Origin: Obrimoposthia wandeli
Taxonomy: Eukaryota
Length of the DNA: 64,000 nt
Direction of reading: 5' to 3'
NCBI GenBank assembly: GCA_977020255.1
Contig: CDROCS010002735.1
Coordinates: 124,001 to 188,000 of the forward strand
Positions within the stretch are counted from its first letter, which is position 1. Every line of letters begins with the position of its first letter. Positions 48,623-59,559 of the stretch are shown here, piece by piece. A program made the translations under genes and the position numbers. Below the pieces are notes generated by a model. It was not told where the DNA came from, did no database searches, and was given only the letters and a program-made list of their open reading frames with translations.

Positions 48623-49640
48623 CGACCCCTGGAATGAGAAAAAGAACACTAGTGCCCAAAACGCAGTAGATACTGTAAAAAACGCTGCGAATAATGGCCG
48701 TGAATGGCGATTAATAGAAAGTTTAGTTAACGGTTTGTTTAAAGAGCAGAAAAAAGCTCGCCGTTGGGGAATCTTTTTTAAATCTTTAACCTTTTTATAC
48801 CTTTTCGCGATTCTAGGGTTGTTTTTATATAACCAAAATGAATCGCAGTCGGCAGACTCTGATGATAGTGGTGATTCATATACTGCAATTGTCGAACTTA
48901 ATGGCCCTATTGCGGCAGATAGTGAGGCCAGTGCTGATATATTGATTGGATCTTTAAGGCGTGCTTTTAAATCACCAATGACTAAAGCGGTCATCATGAG
49001 AATTAATAGCCCAGGTGGGAGTCCAGTTCAATCGGGCTATGTGTATGATGAGATTAAACGCCTACGTGTTTTATATCCCGATACAAAGCTATACGCCGTT
49101 ATTTCAGATATTGGCGCAAGTGGCGCATACTACATAGCATCAGCTGCTGATTATATTTATGCCGATAAAGCCAGTTTAGTCGGCTCCATTGGTGTTATTT
49201 CTTCTGGATTTGGCTTTGTAGGTTTAATGGATAAAGTAGGAGTAGAAAGACGCGCATTATCCTCAGGCGAGCATAAAACATTTTTAGATCCATTCAGCCC
49301 TTTGAAAGATTCAGACAAACAATTTTGGCAAACCGTATTGGGCGCTACTCATAAACAATTTATCGATCAAGTGAAAAAAGGACGTGGTGACAGGCTTGTT
49401 GAATCGCCTGAGCTATTTAGTGGTCTAATTTGGACTGGCGAGCAAGCACTGGGTAAAGGTCTTATTGATGGCCTTGGTAGCTCCAGTTATGTCGCTCGTG
49501 AAATCGTTGGGGTAGAAACTCTACAAGTATTTTCACCTAAGCTATCCCCTTTTGAGGAAGTAATAGATAGATTAGGCGTGTCATTTGCTGGCGAGCTTGC
49601 AACAAAACTTGGCTTATCTAATACTTTAAACCTTCAATAG
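48615..49640 (+). CDS. sppA: S49 family signal peptide peptidase (short SppA)
   Basis: RRWGIFFK + TM, INSPGGSPVQS, ASGAYYIA.AAD, VGSIGV, WTGEQA...GLID. Confidence 0.9.
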   Translation: MSNDPWNEKKNTSAQNAVDTVKNAANNGREWRLIESLVNGLFKEQKKARRWGIFFKSLTFLYLFAILGLFLYNQNESQSADSDDSGDSYTAIVELNGPIAADSEASADILIGSLRRAFKSPMTKAVIMRINSPGGSPVQSGYVYDEIKRLRVLYPDTKLYAVISDIGASGAYYIASAADYIYADKASLVGSIGVISSGFGFVGLMDKVGVERRALSSGEHKTFLDPFSPLKDSDKQFWQTVLGATHKQFIDQVKKGRGDRLVESPELFSGLIWTGEQALGKGLIDGLGSSSYVAREIVGVETLQVFSPKLSPFEEVIDRLGVSFAGELATKLGLSNTLNLQ

Positions 49641-49652
49641 CAATATTTTAAA

Positions 49653-49689
49653 CGCTTATAGCGCTAGCAGCATGCTAGCGCTATAAGCG
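49653..49689. repeat. Perfect 17-bp inverted repeat with a 3-nt loop
   Basis: cgcttatagcgctagca-gca-tgctagcgctataagcg, with no U-tract. Confidence 0.85.
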
Positions 49690-50146
49690 GAGACTATCAG
49701 GATCATTGACTAGCACTTTAAAGTTATAGTCTCTTCTAATTCAGGTATTAATCCAGGAGCTAACAGCTCGTGATTTCCAAAGCTTCAAACCCTATTATCA
49801 ATAGTTAACTTAGTATTTGGCGGATTAGATAAAAGTATCAAATTGACATTGGTAGCTCCTTCAATGCTTTATTGATTTCTCTCCAAGGTGCTTGTACAAA
49901 AGTAACTGATGTTTGAATTGCCGTATATAAAAATTCTTTATGATTTATCCCCGAATATTTATTCAAGTTAGTGAGTTGCTTCTTGGCCTAGTGCTTGTTT
50001 TGCTTGCCAGTAATAAGATGCATGCAACCGGTGCCTTTATCACTAGTAAATACAACTAATAGCATTTTTATGCGCACGAATGGACAGCTAGATAAATTAT
50101 TTTACCCATGAAATAGAAGCCGCTAAAACAAACACTTCAAGATAGT

Positions 50147-51019
50147 ATAAATTGGAATGACCTGCGTTATGTATTGGCGCTGGCTCAGGAAGGCTCGATG
50201 AGCGGCGCTGGGCGCGCTTTATCAGTAGAGCATACAACAGTGGCTAGACGTATTAATGCATTAGAAAAACAACTGGGTAGCCGACTATTCGATCGATTAC
50301 CCAATGGTTATGTTATGACTCAGGTGGCGGAAAAGCTTTATCCACACGCGGTATCAATGGAAGAGTTAATTCAGGTGGCCGATAGAGAAGTGTTCGGCAT
50401 GGATGCACAGTTAAGCGGAAGTTTAAAGTTAACGGCTGCCTACGACGTTTTTAGCCGTTTAGTAACACCTGAACTCAGCAAGTTCACCCATAAATACCCC
50501 AACATTGTATTAGAGCTTCTTAGTTCAACAGGCCTAGCTAATCTATCAGGTCGTCAAGCGGACATTGCTGTGCGGCTGACCTCTAGTCCGCCAGAATATT
50601 TAATTGGCCGCAAAGTATTACCACTCGCTCATGGAGTTTATGCCACTGCCAAGTACCTCAATAAAAATCGCAACACCGACACTCTAGTCTTGTGGGAGCA
50701 TGAGCACAAAACCCCTCAGTGGGTGACAGACCATTTTCCAAAAGCACGGGTTGCCATTAGAGCAAATGAAGTATTGAGTATGATGGAATCTATAAAAAAT
50801 CATTTAGGCGTTGGCAGACTCCCCTGTTACGTCGGCGATAGTGAGCCAACACTACTTCGTCTTGATCTTAACCTCACACCTTCAACTTGGGGAATATGGG
50901 TATTGAGCCATGTTGACCTACGTTCCACAGCAAGAGTGCGTGTTTGTCGAGAATTTTTGATTAATATTATCCAGCAACAAAGAGAGTTAATTGAAGGTTT
51001 AGAGTCGAAATATTACTAA
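50147..51019 (+). CDS. LysR family regulator; probable start at ATA 50147 (non-ATG)
   Basis: In-frame (I)NWNDLRYVLALAQEGS matches the usual LysR MxWxDL start. HTH and substrate domain are intact. Confidence 0.85.
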   Translation: MNWNDLRYVLALAQEGSMSGAGRALSVEHTTVARRINALEKQLGSRLFDRLPNGYVMTQVAEKLYPHAVSMEELIQVADREVFGMDAQLSGSLKLTAAYDVFSRLVTPELSKFTHKYPNIVLELLSSTGLANLSGRQADIAVRLTSSPPEYLIGRKVLPLAHGVYATAKYLNKNRNTDTLVLWEHEHKTPQWVTDHFPKARVAIRANEVLSMMESIKNHLGVGRLPCYVGDSEPTLLRLDLNLTPSTWGIWVLSHVDLRSTARVRVCREFLINIIQQQRELIEGLESKYY

Positions 51020-51296
51020 GCCACTACTAACCTCCTTTAAAACCAAAATAGAGTCCGTTGTTTTATTAATAACTATAGATTTATTAGGTGACTTAAAAGC
51101 ATCCTTAATCATTACGACAGGCTGCTAATCTGGATAGGCCAGTAAATATAGGCAAAAGTCGACTAAATAGTGGAGTCAATGTACCCCGCTTCTTGGTATT
51201 GAGTAGGTTTTTAACGCCGTACTATTACGCGCAGCTACCATATTCTCCAGGGAAGTGATGCTAAGATCTCAACTTATCTTTCAACGCCTATAGCGG

Positions 51297-51920
51297 TTAT
51301 GTTACTTGCGGACCTTGATACCAATCACTAGACGGTGTCGGTACACGCATTTTTTCGCGCAAGCTTGCTACATTTTCTGCTGATGTGATTTCTTTTAATA
51401 ATAAGAAAGCTACTTCAATCGCAGTTCCCGGGCCTGTTGAAGTAATAATATGCCGATCTTGTACTATTGGCTTATCAACAAAAATTGCACCGGATTTTTC
51501 TAATTGTTGCTTACGTTGACCACCAATTTGATGATAAGTCGTCGCTTTTTTATTTACGAGTATTTGCGCATGGCCTAGGGCAATGGATGAAACACAGACG
51601 CTAGCAATGGGTTTATTAAGCTGATGAAAGTGTTTTATTACATTTAAAAATGGAGCGCTTAATGCGTCATCATAAAACCCAGAAGGCTCGAACCCGCCAG
51701 GCACTGCAAGCGCATCGTAATCATTTAAGTTAACCTCTTCCAGTAACTTAGATGGTTTAAAAGTTAAACCAAAGGTTGTTTTGATTTCGCTATGCAAAGC
51801 AGCATCAGTGAGCTCAATGGCTACATCTCCAAGTAAAGTTGCCCACCCCATAACATCGGTAAAAGCAGACATTTCTAGTGGTTCAACACCATTGGCAACT
51901 AGCATAAGAATTTTTTTCAT
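51297..51920 (-). CDS. DJ-1/PfpI family protein
   Basis: KKIL.L.ANG.E..E, YDALAVPGG, IAS.C, V.D..IITS.GPGTA. The start could be up to 51950. Confidence 0.9.
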   Translation of the reverse strand: MKKILMLVANGVEPLEMSAFTDVMGWATLLGDVAIELTDAALHSEIKTTFGLTFKPSKLLEEVNLNDYDALAVPGGFEPSGFYDDALSAPFLNVIKHFHQLNKPIASVCVSSIALGHAQILVNKKATTYHQIGGQRKQQLEKSGAIFVDKPIVQDRHIITSTGPGTAIEVAFLLLKEITSAENVASLREKMRVPTPSSDWYQGPQVT

Positions 51921-51951
51921 ACGATTCATACCCATTTTTTGAATTATCATT

Positions 51952-52103
51952 CATTGCTGGCCAGTTAAAAAATGTAAGCCCTCTAACTCATTGATTTGTA
52001 TTTCCCTGTGATGGCTAAAGGGTATTCTTCAAGAAAACAATACTTTTCGTTAGCGTCAAATCAATGAGTGATAGAGCAACAATAATTAAACCGTACAGCA
52101 ATG
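51952..52103. mobile_element. MITE family A, copy 3 (152 bp)
   Basis: TIRs cattgctggccagtt / aaccgtacagcaatg. Flanks attatcatt / aatattatt (7 of 9 identical). Confidence 0.82.
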
Positions 52104-52110
52104 AATATTA

Positions 52111-54000
52111 TTAAAGATTTAAGCTGATTGAGTGACTTTTTGTGCGTGAAACACACACACACAAACTATGCGTTTTTTCTTCTTTAGTTAAATAAACGTC
52201 TCTATGTTCAGGGGTGCCTTCAACATATTCAGTTGCGCACATACCGCATTCTCCTCTCTTACACGCAAATGGCACTTTGACGTTTGCTTTTAGGAGCCCA
52301 TCTAATAATGTTTCTTTGGGGTCAATAACAATAACTTTTCCTGACTTTTTCAGCCTTACTTCAACTGCTTTATCAGTTTTGTGTAGGGAATGACCAAAGC
52401 TTTCAAAATGAATGTGGCTAGGATCCCAGTTATGAACATTCGCTTTCTCTTTAACAGCTTCGATCATGCTTAGTGGACCACAAATATAAATATGACTAGA
52501 TTTATTGCCCTCCATGAAAAGAGACTTTAAGTCCAGCCTGTTTGCATCGCGCCCCTGCGTAATATAAAAATGTGCATCTTTTCCCGCCAGCCTGGTGATT
52601 TCCTCTTTGAATGCCAAGTCACCTGCCTTCTTCACGCTATAATGTAACTCAAATGATTGATTGCTTTGAGACAACTCTTTGAGCATAGAAATAATAGGGG
52701 TTATGCCAATTCCACCCGCAATTAAAATATGATGCTTGCCAGAAGATGTCAGTGAAAATTTATTAACAGGATGTAAAGCGGTTATAAAATCACCCGTTTT
52801 CAATTGCTCATGAATATAGTTTGAGCCACCACGCCCTTGCTTTTCTTGCTGTACAGCAATCTCATAAAAGCGATTATCATGGTGAGATGAGGTAATTGAA
52901 TAATGGCGTTGCACGGTTGTTTTTTCTGATAACTTAACTTCAATAGGTAAATGTGAGCCCGCTTTAAAAGCAGGTAAAATGCCACCATTGATTGCTGTTA
53001 ATCTCAATAATTTAATTTTTTCAGATATATTTTCAATAGCAGATATCTGTAAAATCAACTCTGTTGAGCTTTCAATTTTAGGGTTGTGCGGTGAATAGTC
53101 AAAAAACGTCCAATTTAAGCCCGATGGCAATTGTGTTTCTTGCCAACTTTTAATAATAAAACGCCAGTAACGTTTAGTACCACCGGTATTATTATTATCA
53201 TCGGGTTGATCCCATAAAATTTTTGCCGTACCAGTAAGTTGCAATAGTTTGTTATGCACAAAATCGATAAACACCAAACCTGCATTGGGGTTTGATTGAA
53301 AATTTCCTAAGGTATTAAACATGCTATTGCCCTTATAATCAGGGATCTGCAATTCATATTTATTTATAACGCTAACGAAACCAGTTTCACCGCCTCGATA
53401 TGAAGCATCACTGTGGTTATTATCCACACCAGAGCCGACAAAAAAACTGTCTGAATTTGAAATCAACTCAACTTGCGTTGCCGTTAAACTATCACCGAGC
53501 TGAGGTTTAGGTGTTTTATAAGTCAGCACGTTATCTGATAACTGTGGCTGTCTTCGTTGAATGTACTTAGGGCAATTAGGGTATGTCTGAGCGACAACGA
53601 CTTCATATTGACCATTACTTAACAAACTAATATTACCATTTACTCGAAGACGACGACGAGTACTCAGCTCTATTATCAATAGGCCTACTTGTGTATTTCG
53701 CGTTATATTTAGCCATAACGGATCGGCGGATTGATTAATAATTTGTTGAGGATTAATCAATATATGTTGATCATCTGGGGCACTTATAAAGCCTGGCTTA
53801 CCAAATAATACAGATGTCCAGATTTGGTTTTTTTTATCTGTACTGGTGATCACTGTCATATATTGCTGAGCAATAAAAGGGAGAGCGCCTTTAATTATAT
53901 GCTGACTAACGACAATACCGTTGCGTTGAGCAATATCTGCTTCATTAGCGCGTGCTTGTACTGTCAATTCGCCTTTATGAAAAAGTGACTGCTCATTCAT
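52111..54000 (-). CDS. Pyridoxamine 5'-phosphate oxidase-like domains fused to an FNR-type FAD/NAD reductase and a 2Fe-2S ferredoxin
   Basis: FH.GE..VQ, CPKYIQRR, DASYRGG..GF, PDY.GN.MFNTLGN, R.YS.TS, GGIGITP, YICGP, ESF, C..G.CG.C...C. Confidence 0.9.
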   Translation of the reverse strand: MNEQSLFHKGELTVQARANEADIAQRNGIVVSQHIIKGALPFIAQQYMTVITSTDKKNQIWTSVLFGKPGFISAPDDQHILINPQQIINQSADPLWLNITRNTQVGLLIIELSTRRRLRVNGNISLLSNGQYEVVVAQTYPNCPKYIQRRQPQLSDNVLTYKTPKPQLGDSLTATQVELISNSDSFFVGSGVDNNHSDASYRGGETGFVSVINKYELQIPDYKGNSMFNTLGNFQSNPNAGLVFIDFVHNKLLQLTGTAKILWDQPDDNNNTGGTKRYWRFIIKSWQETQLPSGLNWTFFDYSPHNPKIESSTELILQISAIENISEKIKLLRLTAINGGILPAFKAGSHLPIEVKLSEKTTVQRHYSITSSHHDNRFYEIAVQQEKQGRGGSNYIHEQLKTGDFITALHPVNKFSLTSSGKHHILIAGGIGITPIISMLKELSQSNQSFELHYSVKKAGDLAFKEEITRLAGKDAHFYITQGRDANRLDLKSLFMEGNKSSHIYICGPLSMIEAVKEKANVHNWDPSHIHFESFGHSLHKTDKAVEVRLKKSGKVIVIDPKETLLDGLLKANVKVPFACKRGECGMCATEYVEGTPEHRDVYLTKEEKTHSLCVCVSRTKSHSISLNL

Positions 54001-54049
54001 ATTAGTGCCCAACCTATTAATCTGTGTTAATAGGGTTCCTCGGGTGAAG

Positions 54050-54129
54050 AACCCTGATGTATGCTCATTAGAAAGTTAGAATAGAATAACCCTGATGTAT
54101 GCTCATTAGAAAGTTAGAATAGAATAACC
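54050..54129. repeat. Perfect 38-bp tandem duplication covering the dsrE-like 3' end
   Basis: aaccctgatgtatgctcattagaaagttagaatagaat x2 (54050-54087, 54088-54125) plus aacc. Confidence 0.95.
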
Positions 54130-54480
54130 TTGTGTCGCTAATTTGTGTACGCTTGGTAAACCACGAGTTCCGGGCACTGCGTTTTCAGTCAAGTAATCAA
54201 AACCTGATGCTTCAACGTCTTCAGCTGAACCAAATACATCTGCACAACCGCAAGAGACACCTGCAATGTTATCTTTTACTGCTTCGAATAAAGCGTGAAC
54301 CGGATTTTCAGGCTTAGCTAATTCTGCAATCCAACGCGTGCCGGTACCATTGAAAATAACTTTTACATCTGCGCCACTTTGCTGGTAATCATAAGCAGTT
54401 GCTAAGGCGTTAAACACGCGACCTAATGCTTCTTCTTGACCGTGGCTTGGATCCGATAAAACTAAAATTGCTGCTTTCAT
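54106..54480 (-). CDS. DsrE/DsrF-like small protein
   Basis: GRVFNAL..A, V..IF.GTG.RW, AG.SCGCA.VFG. Confidence 0.75.
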   Translation of the reverse strand: MKAAILVLSDPSHGQEEALGRVFNALATAYDYQQSGADVKVIFNGTGTRWIAELAKPENPVHALFEAVKDNIAGVSCGCADVFGSAEDVEASGFDYLTENAVPGTRGLPSVHKLATQGYSILTF

Positions 54481-54608
54481 TGTATATCTCCTAAAAAACT
54501 GGTTACGAGCTCTTGCTCTGTTGAATCTAAAGCCATTATTAACCCTTTAACTCACGCAATAAATAGACTAATATTGATAACATAACTCCACTTTATGAAG
54601 GAATCATT

Positions 54609-55505
54609 ATTAATAAACTTATTGCGATGCAAGTATTCATGCAAATCATAGAAAGTGGCAGCTTGACCAAAGCGGCAAATGAATTAAATACTTCATTGCC
54701 CACCGTTGTACGTACATTGGCTGGATTGGAAGATCATCTAAAAATTAGACTTATTAATAGAACAACACGCAAGATAGCTATTACAGAAGAAGGTCAGCGT
54801 TATCTGCAAAGATGTCGCAAAATACAATACGAAATAGAGCAATCAGAACTAGAAATAAGTGCAAATCAGCAGGCGCCCAGAGGAAAACTTAAAGTCACAG
54901 CATCAGTAATGTTCGGTTCAATTTACATTGCGCCATTAATAACCAAGTTTTTACAGGCACATGAACATGTAACGATAGAGCTGATATTATCTGATCAGAA
55001 CATCAATTTAATAGAAGAAGGAGTAGATGTTGCTATTCGAATTGGCGCTTTAAGTGATTCAAATATGATCGCAAAAAAAGTAGGGAGCGTACGAAAAGTT
55101 ATTTGTGCAACACCTGCTTTTTTGAATAAAATAGACCCTATTATCCAGCCTAGAGATATTGCGAATGTACCTTGTATTATTTTTACAGGCTTAAGCCATG
55201 GCAGTAATTGGCATTTGCATCAAAGTGAAAAAACCCATTCAATACCCGTTAAAGGACCACTAATTTGTAACAATATCACTTCAGCGCTTAGTGTCGTAAA
55301 AGAGAGTCTTGGATTAGGCATGTTTCTCTCTTATCAAGTAGAAAAAGAACTTGAAAAGGGTGAACTGCGAACTGTGTTAGCAGAGTTTGAACCGCCTCCT
55401 CTTGAGGTGAATGTCGTTTATTCTCATACGAAACTGATGTCAACGCGTACTCGCTATTTTGTTGATTGGGTCACACATGAATTAAGGCATCAAATGAATA
55501 ACTAA
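54609..55505 (+). CDS. LysR family regulator (DmlR-like); probable start at ATT 54609 (non-ATG)
   Basis: AAGGA RBS then in-frame (I)NKLIAMQVF, matching the usual M.KL.AM..F start. Divergent from the dsrE operon. Confidence 0.88.
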   Translation: MNKLIAMQVFMQIIESGSLTKAANELNTSLPTVVRTLAGLEDHLKIRLINRTTRKIAITEEGQRYLQRCRKIQYEIEQSELEISANQQAPRGKLKVTASVMFGSIYIAPLITKFLQAHEHVTIELILSDQNINLIEEGVDVAIRIGALSDSNMIAKKVGSVRKVICATPAFLNKIDPIIQPRDIANVPCIIFTGLSHGSNWHLHQSEKTHSIPVKGPLICNNITSALSVVKESLGLGMFLSYQVEKELEKGELRTVLAEFEPPPLEVNVVYSHTKLMSTRTRYFVDWVTHELRHQMNN

Positions 55506-55510
55506 CGGCT

Positions 55511-55715
55511 AAAATTCAAAAGTGTTATCTACATTTGGTGCCCGCTCTCTGAGTATTTCTTCGAGTTCCCGGTAGCTAATGACATTATTACCATACCAGC
55601 GTGCAGTGCAAATAATCATGTCATCTTGGAAGTGATTCTATTTAAATAGTTTCGCAGGCAACGGTCTTTAAAACATCAACCATTATAACGATAGGAGCTT
55701 ATTTGCAACGTAGCC
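55511..55715 (-). mobile_element. IS6-family left-end remnant
   Basis: Reverse complement starts GGCTACGTTGCAAATAA (IS26 end is GGCACTGTTGCAAA). About 63 nt later comes LFK*NHFQDDMIICTARWY...ISYRELEEILRER..NVD, matching the IS6 transposase N-terminus. Confidence 0.8.
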
Positions 55716-55947
55716 GTTGGCAGAGATGAAAGGTGTAAGGTGCGAGCAAACAGTGGTTTCTGCTCTTCATTAAAAATTTTATAGATAAACAATGCTTTGT
55801 ACTAATTATATGTGTATTTTATAAATTTGCACAATGACGGTTCTCGATTTAGTTCTATTAAAAACACATACATGCTATTTTCAGTTTCTATTTACCTTTA
55901 CCTCTCCACTCATTATCTGCTTATGGCAAATAATTTGGATAAAATTA

Positions 55948-57075
55948 ATGCAAAAACAAAGCACTCATCGTGATAAACGAGCATTACGTGCAGTGGCGGC
56001 TCAATTTGTCATTAATGGCATAGTTGCTGGCGCATACATACCGCGCTTACCTGAAATAAGAGATAGCTTAAACCTCGATTTATCAGCCATCGGCCAGCAG
56101 CAAGCATTGGCGGTCTTCTAGTGCTGGTTATGTAGTTACTTTTAAAATATTTTATTTTGAAAACCGTGCTAATCAGCGGCTATTTTCTTTTATTGTATTG
56201 CTTCCGTGTATCGCGCTGGCATCTGAGTAATTGCACTGGCTTTAGTGCTCGCGTTAATACTATTCGTCGACGTTACTGCTGATTAATATGCAGGTTCTAA
56301 TTTAAGTGCTAGGCGCCATAAACCTGTCTGAATCGATTACATGGTTTATGGAGTATTAACATGTACGGGCGGTTTGATCGCCTCTATCATGGCAGCCTAT
56401 GCCATTCCTTTAATTTGGCATCTAACGTCTTTATCACTGTTAATATTCATCTGTTTAATTTACGTCGGCAAAGGACTTTTAAATGTTGATGAGCAGCCAT
56501 TAAGTACACGGCGAAGCACCCAGCAACCTACCTCAAAAACTCGTCGCCTCTGGCTGTTTGCAATATTAGGCGGCTGCGCCTTTATACCTGAAATGGCATT
56601 AAGCGATTGGTCGCCGTTTAGATTAAAAGATGATTTATTAGCCAGCGAAGGGCTCGCAAGTTTAGCCTATGTATGCTTTGGTAGCGGGATGGTATTCGGC
56701 CGGTTGTTAGGCGATTGGGTGGTAGCTAAAATAGGTATGAAATGGGAATTACTTCATTGCTCAATAACCACTGCCCCGTGTTGGGCGCCTTGACATGCAT
56801 TGGCAGTTCCATAACCATTACTTAGGGCTAGTCATCGCAGGATTAGGCATCCTTGTGCTTTTCCCAACTTTGACGCTGCAGCCCAAGACAAACAACGCCC
56901 CGGGGCTATGTTGGGAGCCATGACAGCGGGATCTAGATTAGCCGCCTTAATTGCACCACTTGGGATCGGCATACTGGCTAATGCGCCTAGCTTCTCCGTT
57001 GGCTTAGCCATTACGATGTTTGCAGCACCTTGCTTAATCTTCATCTGGCTACTAAACAACAAACTCACAAGTTAA
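55948..57075 (+). pseudogene. Fragmented MFS transporter
   Basis: Fragments AVAAQFVINGIVAGAYIPRLPEIRDSL, E.A.SDWS, MVFGRL.GDW in several frames. Confidence 0.8.
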
Positions 57076-57899
57076 ATCTGCCTTATTTTATAACGCATCT
57101 AAGATTCATTTTTTTTAAAAGGAGGCCTCTGTAGAGCGTAACGAGCAATAATAAGTTAACACCTTAAATAGCGAAACCAGCATGTCCCGTTTTGGTTTTA
57201 TTGAACTTAGCAGCAATTAATACATAGAAATAGACTTTCAAAATCAAAAGTGCCTTACTTGGCCGCATAGTAAAGATTGTGCCCGTTGATATTTAATAAC
57301 CTGCGCGCGCAAAAAAACTATCAATTTGTCGCTCATCTTCGGCGCTTTCAAAAACGGTAAACAGTGAATCAATGTTTTGCGCAGCCTTAACTTCATCATT
57401 TGCAGTTTGTGCCGGGTGATTGTCTGCTAAAAGCTAACTATTTGGCGCTGCACCTTGGGCTGCTTTCGAGTATTAGCTCAGCGAATTGATCGGCATTTTC
57501 AGCAGCCGCATGTACAGCGCGCCAAATCATCATTGCTCTGGTTTCTGTCTGTTGTTCAACTTTTTAGCTACAACAGCAGTGATTCGATATCTTTAGTGCC
57601 AGCTGGTGCGTTCGCCTGTTCACCATGCGCCAGTTGCTCTGAAATCTGTTCTTTTTCGATTTGATCACAGAGGACCTTGCCCGTTGAGTTTTGGCGCTAA
57701 CTTTACCTGCCGCTTAACTGATCTTTTATCAGCATCTAATTGCAGTAAATTTTGTGCAAGATTTTCGGTACTTCCTCTTATAGGCTACATCGGTAGTACT
57801 GGCATATTAACTGGCTAAAGGCATTGCCGACTAGTAGGTAATGCTGCTCTTTTGGTCTTGTGTCGGCTGCAAATTTATCCTTTATTTCATAAAATTTTG

Positions 57900-58700
57900 A
57901 GCCGGTGCCACTTGTGTCGGAGTCCCCCATACGGCTTTAGCAACGAGATCTCCTGGCGGAATAACTATCTCTAACCTCATCAATAGCTTTAATCACCAAC
58001 GCTTCGTCTCGTAAGTCAATTTTCTCAGATGACTGATTACCGCCCGTTAAAGATCTAGACCTACTTATCTGTAATTTCTAAGTAGGCTCTTTGATTAATA
58101 GTGACATCTAAGCTTCCCAATGAAGAGAACATATCATCCAATTGCTGCTCATCAAACTCATAATTTTCTATTAAACTCAAAGTTTTATCTAGCATGTCAA
58201 ATCGTGTTTGCTGGTTATTATTGTCAAAACCTAATACTGTGCTCGCACCTTTGATCTTTTCTATACCTTCGGCCATCATTGGGCTGAAACTATCTACTTT
58301 TTGTAGTGTGTCTGCAAAGAAACTTAGCGCGCTGCCGACTAAATCTTCTGGTATGTCATCCAACCGCTCTATTACACGATTGGAAAACACTTCATTAGGG
58401 AGAAATTGCCAGCAAGATCGGATTGGTGATCGGCACTAAATTCCTGCAACTTATCCAGCACCAGTACATTTCGCTGCTATTAACCGCAAGCACAAAATTG
58501 CGTATATCGTTGCTTTCGCTGAAAAGAATTGCTGCTTTGTAATGCTTGTCGGTTGTATGTCTCGCCTGACTCAGTGGAAGGTACTGGCTGCGTGAATTTT
58601 CCCTTGTTGTAGTACCTGCTTCTCGATCGGCAGGCTTTAATTCTAATGAGTTTGGGTAAAGGTATTGAGAGTCTAGAAATAAATGTACTATTAATAGCAT
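57900..58700 (-). pseudogene. Fragmented gene of unknown function
   Basis: Protein-like acidic fragments (109 and 101 aa in the track) in alternating frames; no family recognised. Confidence 0.4.
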
Positions 58701-59559
58701 CTAATGCCGGGGCTTTTGAAGTGCTTTAGCGACACCCATAAAATCACCACTTCATCATCCTTAATTGCTCCGCCAAGTTTAGAAAATCTTCATCGTTAAT
58801 TAAATTAGTATCCCAACTATATTTTCCTGATCATTACTAGATAAACGATCGTAGACATTGGTATACGCTCTTTGATTTTATGAAGTCATCTAAGATCAGA
58901 ATTATGTTCCTTGCCTTCGATACTGGTTGGCCTACCTTCTTTAGGGTTACTCTGAGGAAGGTTTGTCTGCTGCACTTGTGCTGTTAGGGCGAACAACTTG
59001 CGCTTGGCTTGATTCGAGCGGATTTTCAAGCATACCTCAGAATCAGCCTTCATTACTGAACTTAGACGTTGCGACTTCAATGAATGGGCACTATCAAGAG
59101 ATTAGTGCTGCTGAATAAGGAGTACATGCGATAAATTTTCACCATTACTTAGGGAAAAGTAATAGAAGACCTTTGCACAAAGTAGCGAGCGACAGTGAGA
59201 CAAGGCAAAAACAAGCGAAAAACCAGAGTTTATGCCTATAAATGAGTTTTGAGCTTGTTTTTGCCATATCACTGAGTGCAGTGGTGTGCAAGGTCTCATC
59301 ATCACGCTCTAAAACCATTAGATAACAAAACTTGTATATTTTTCTATTCATAGTTGAAAGTCAGTGAAGGAAACAGTAACACAGCAAAAAAACAGTTCAA
59401 TCATTAATCTGAAAATAATACGCAGCTACAAGTACTCACAAATTTCGAATACACTTATTTTTATCACCAATGACTTAATTAGTCAGTTTCACCATTTTGC
59501 AATAATACAAGCCTTAAGGTCAGCTAACTTGCTTCCTTGTCTTGAATCATAGAGTTGCA

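Noticed and set aside
49700-50060. Minus-strand gene fragments between sppA and the LysR gene
   Set aside because: Short interrupted frames with no motif I can identify.
58886-59552. Four short ORFs of 62-68 aa
   Set aside because: They lie in the degraded tail, overlap each other and have no motifs.
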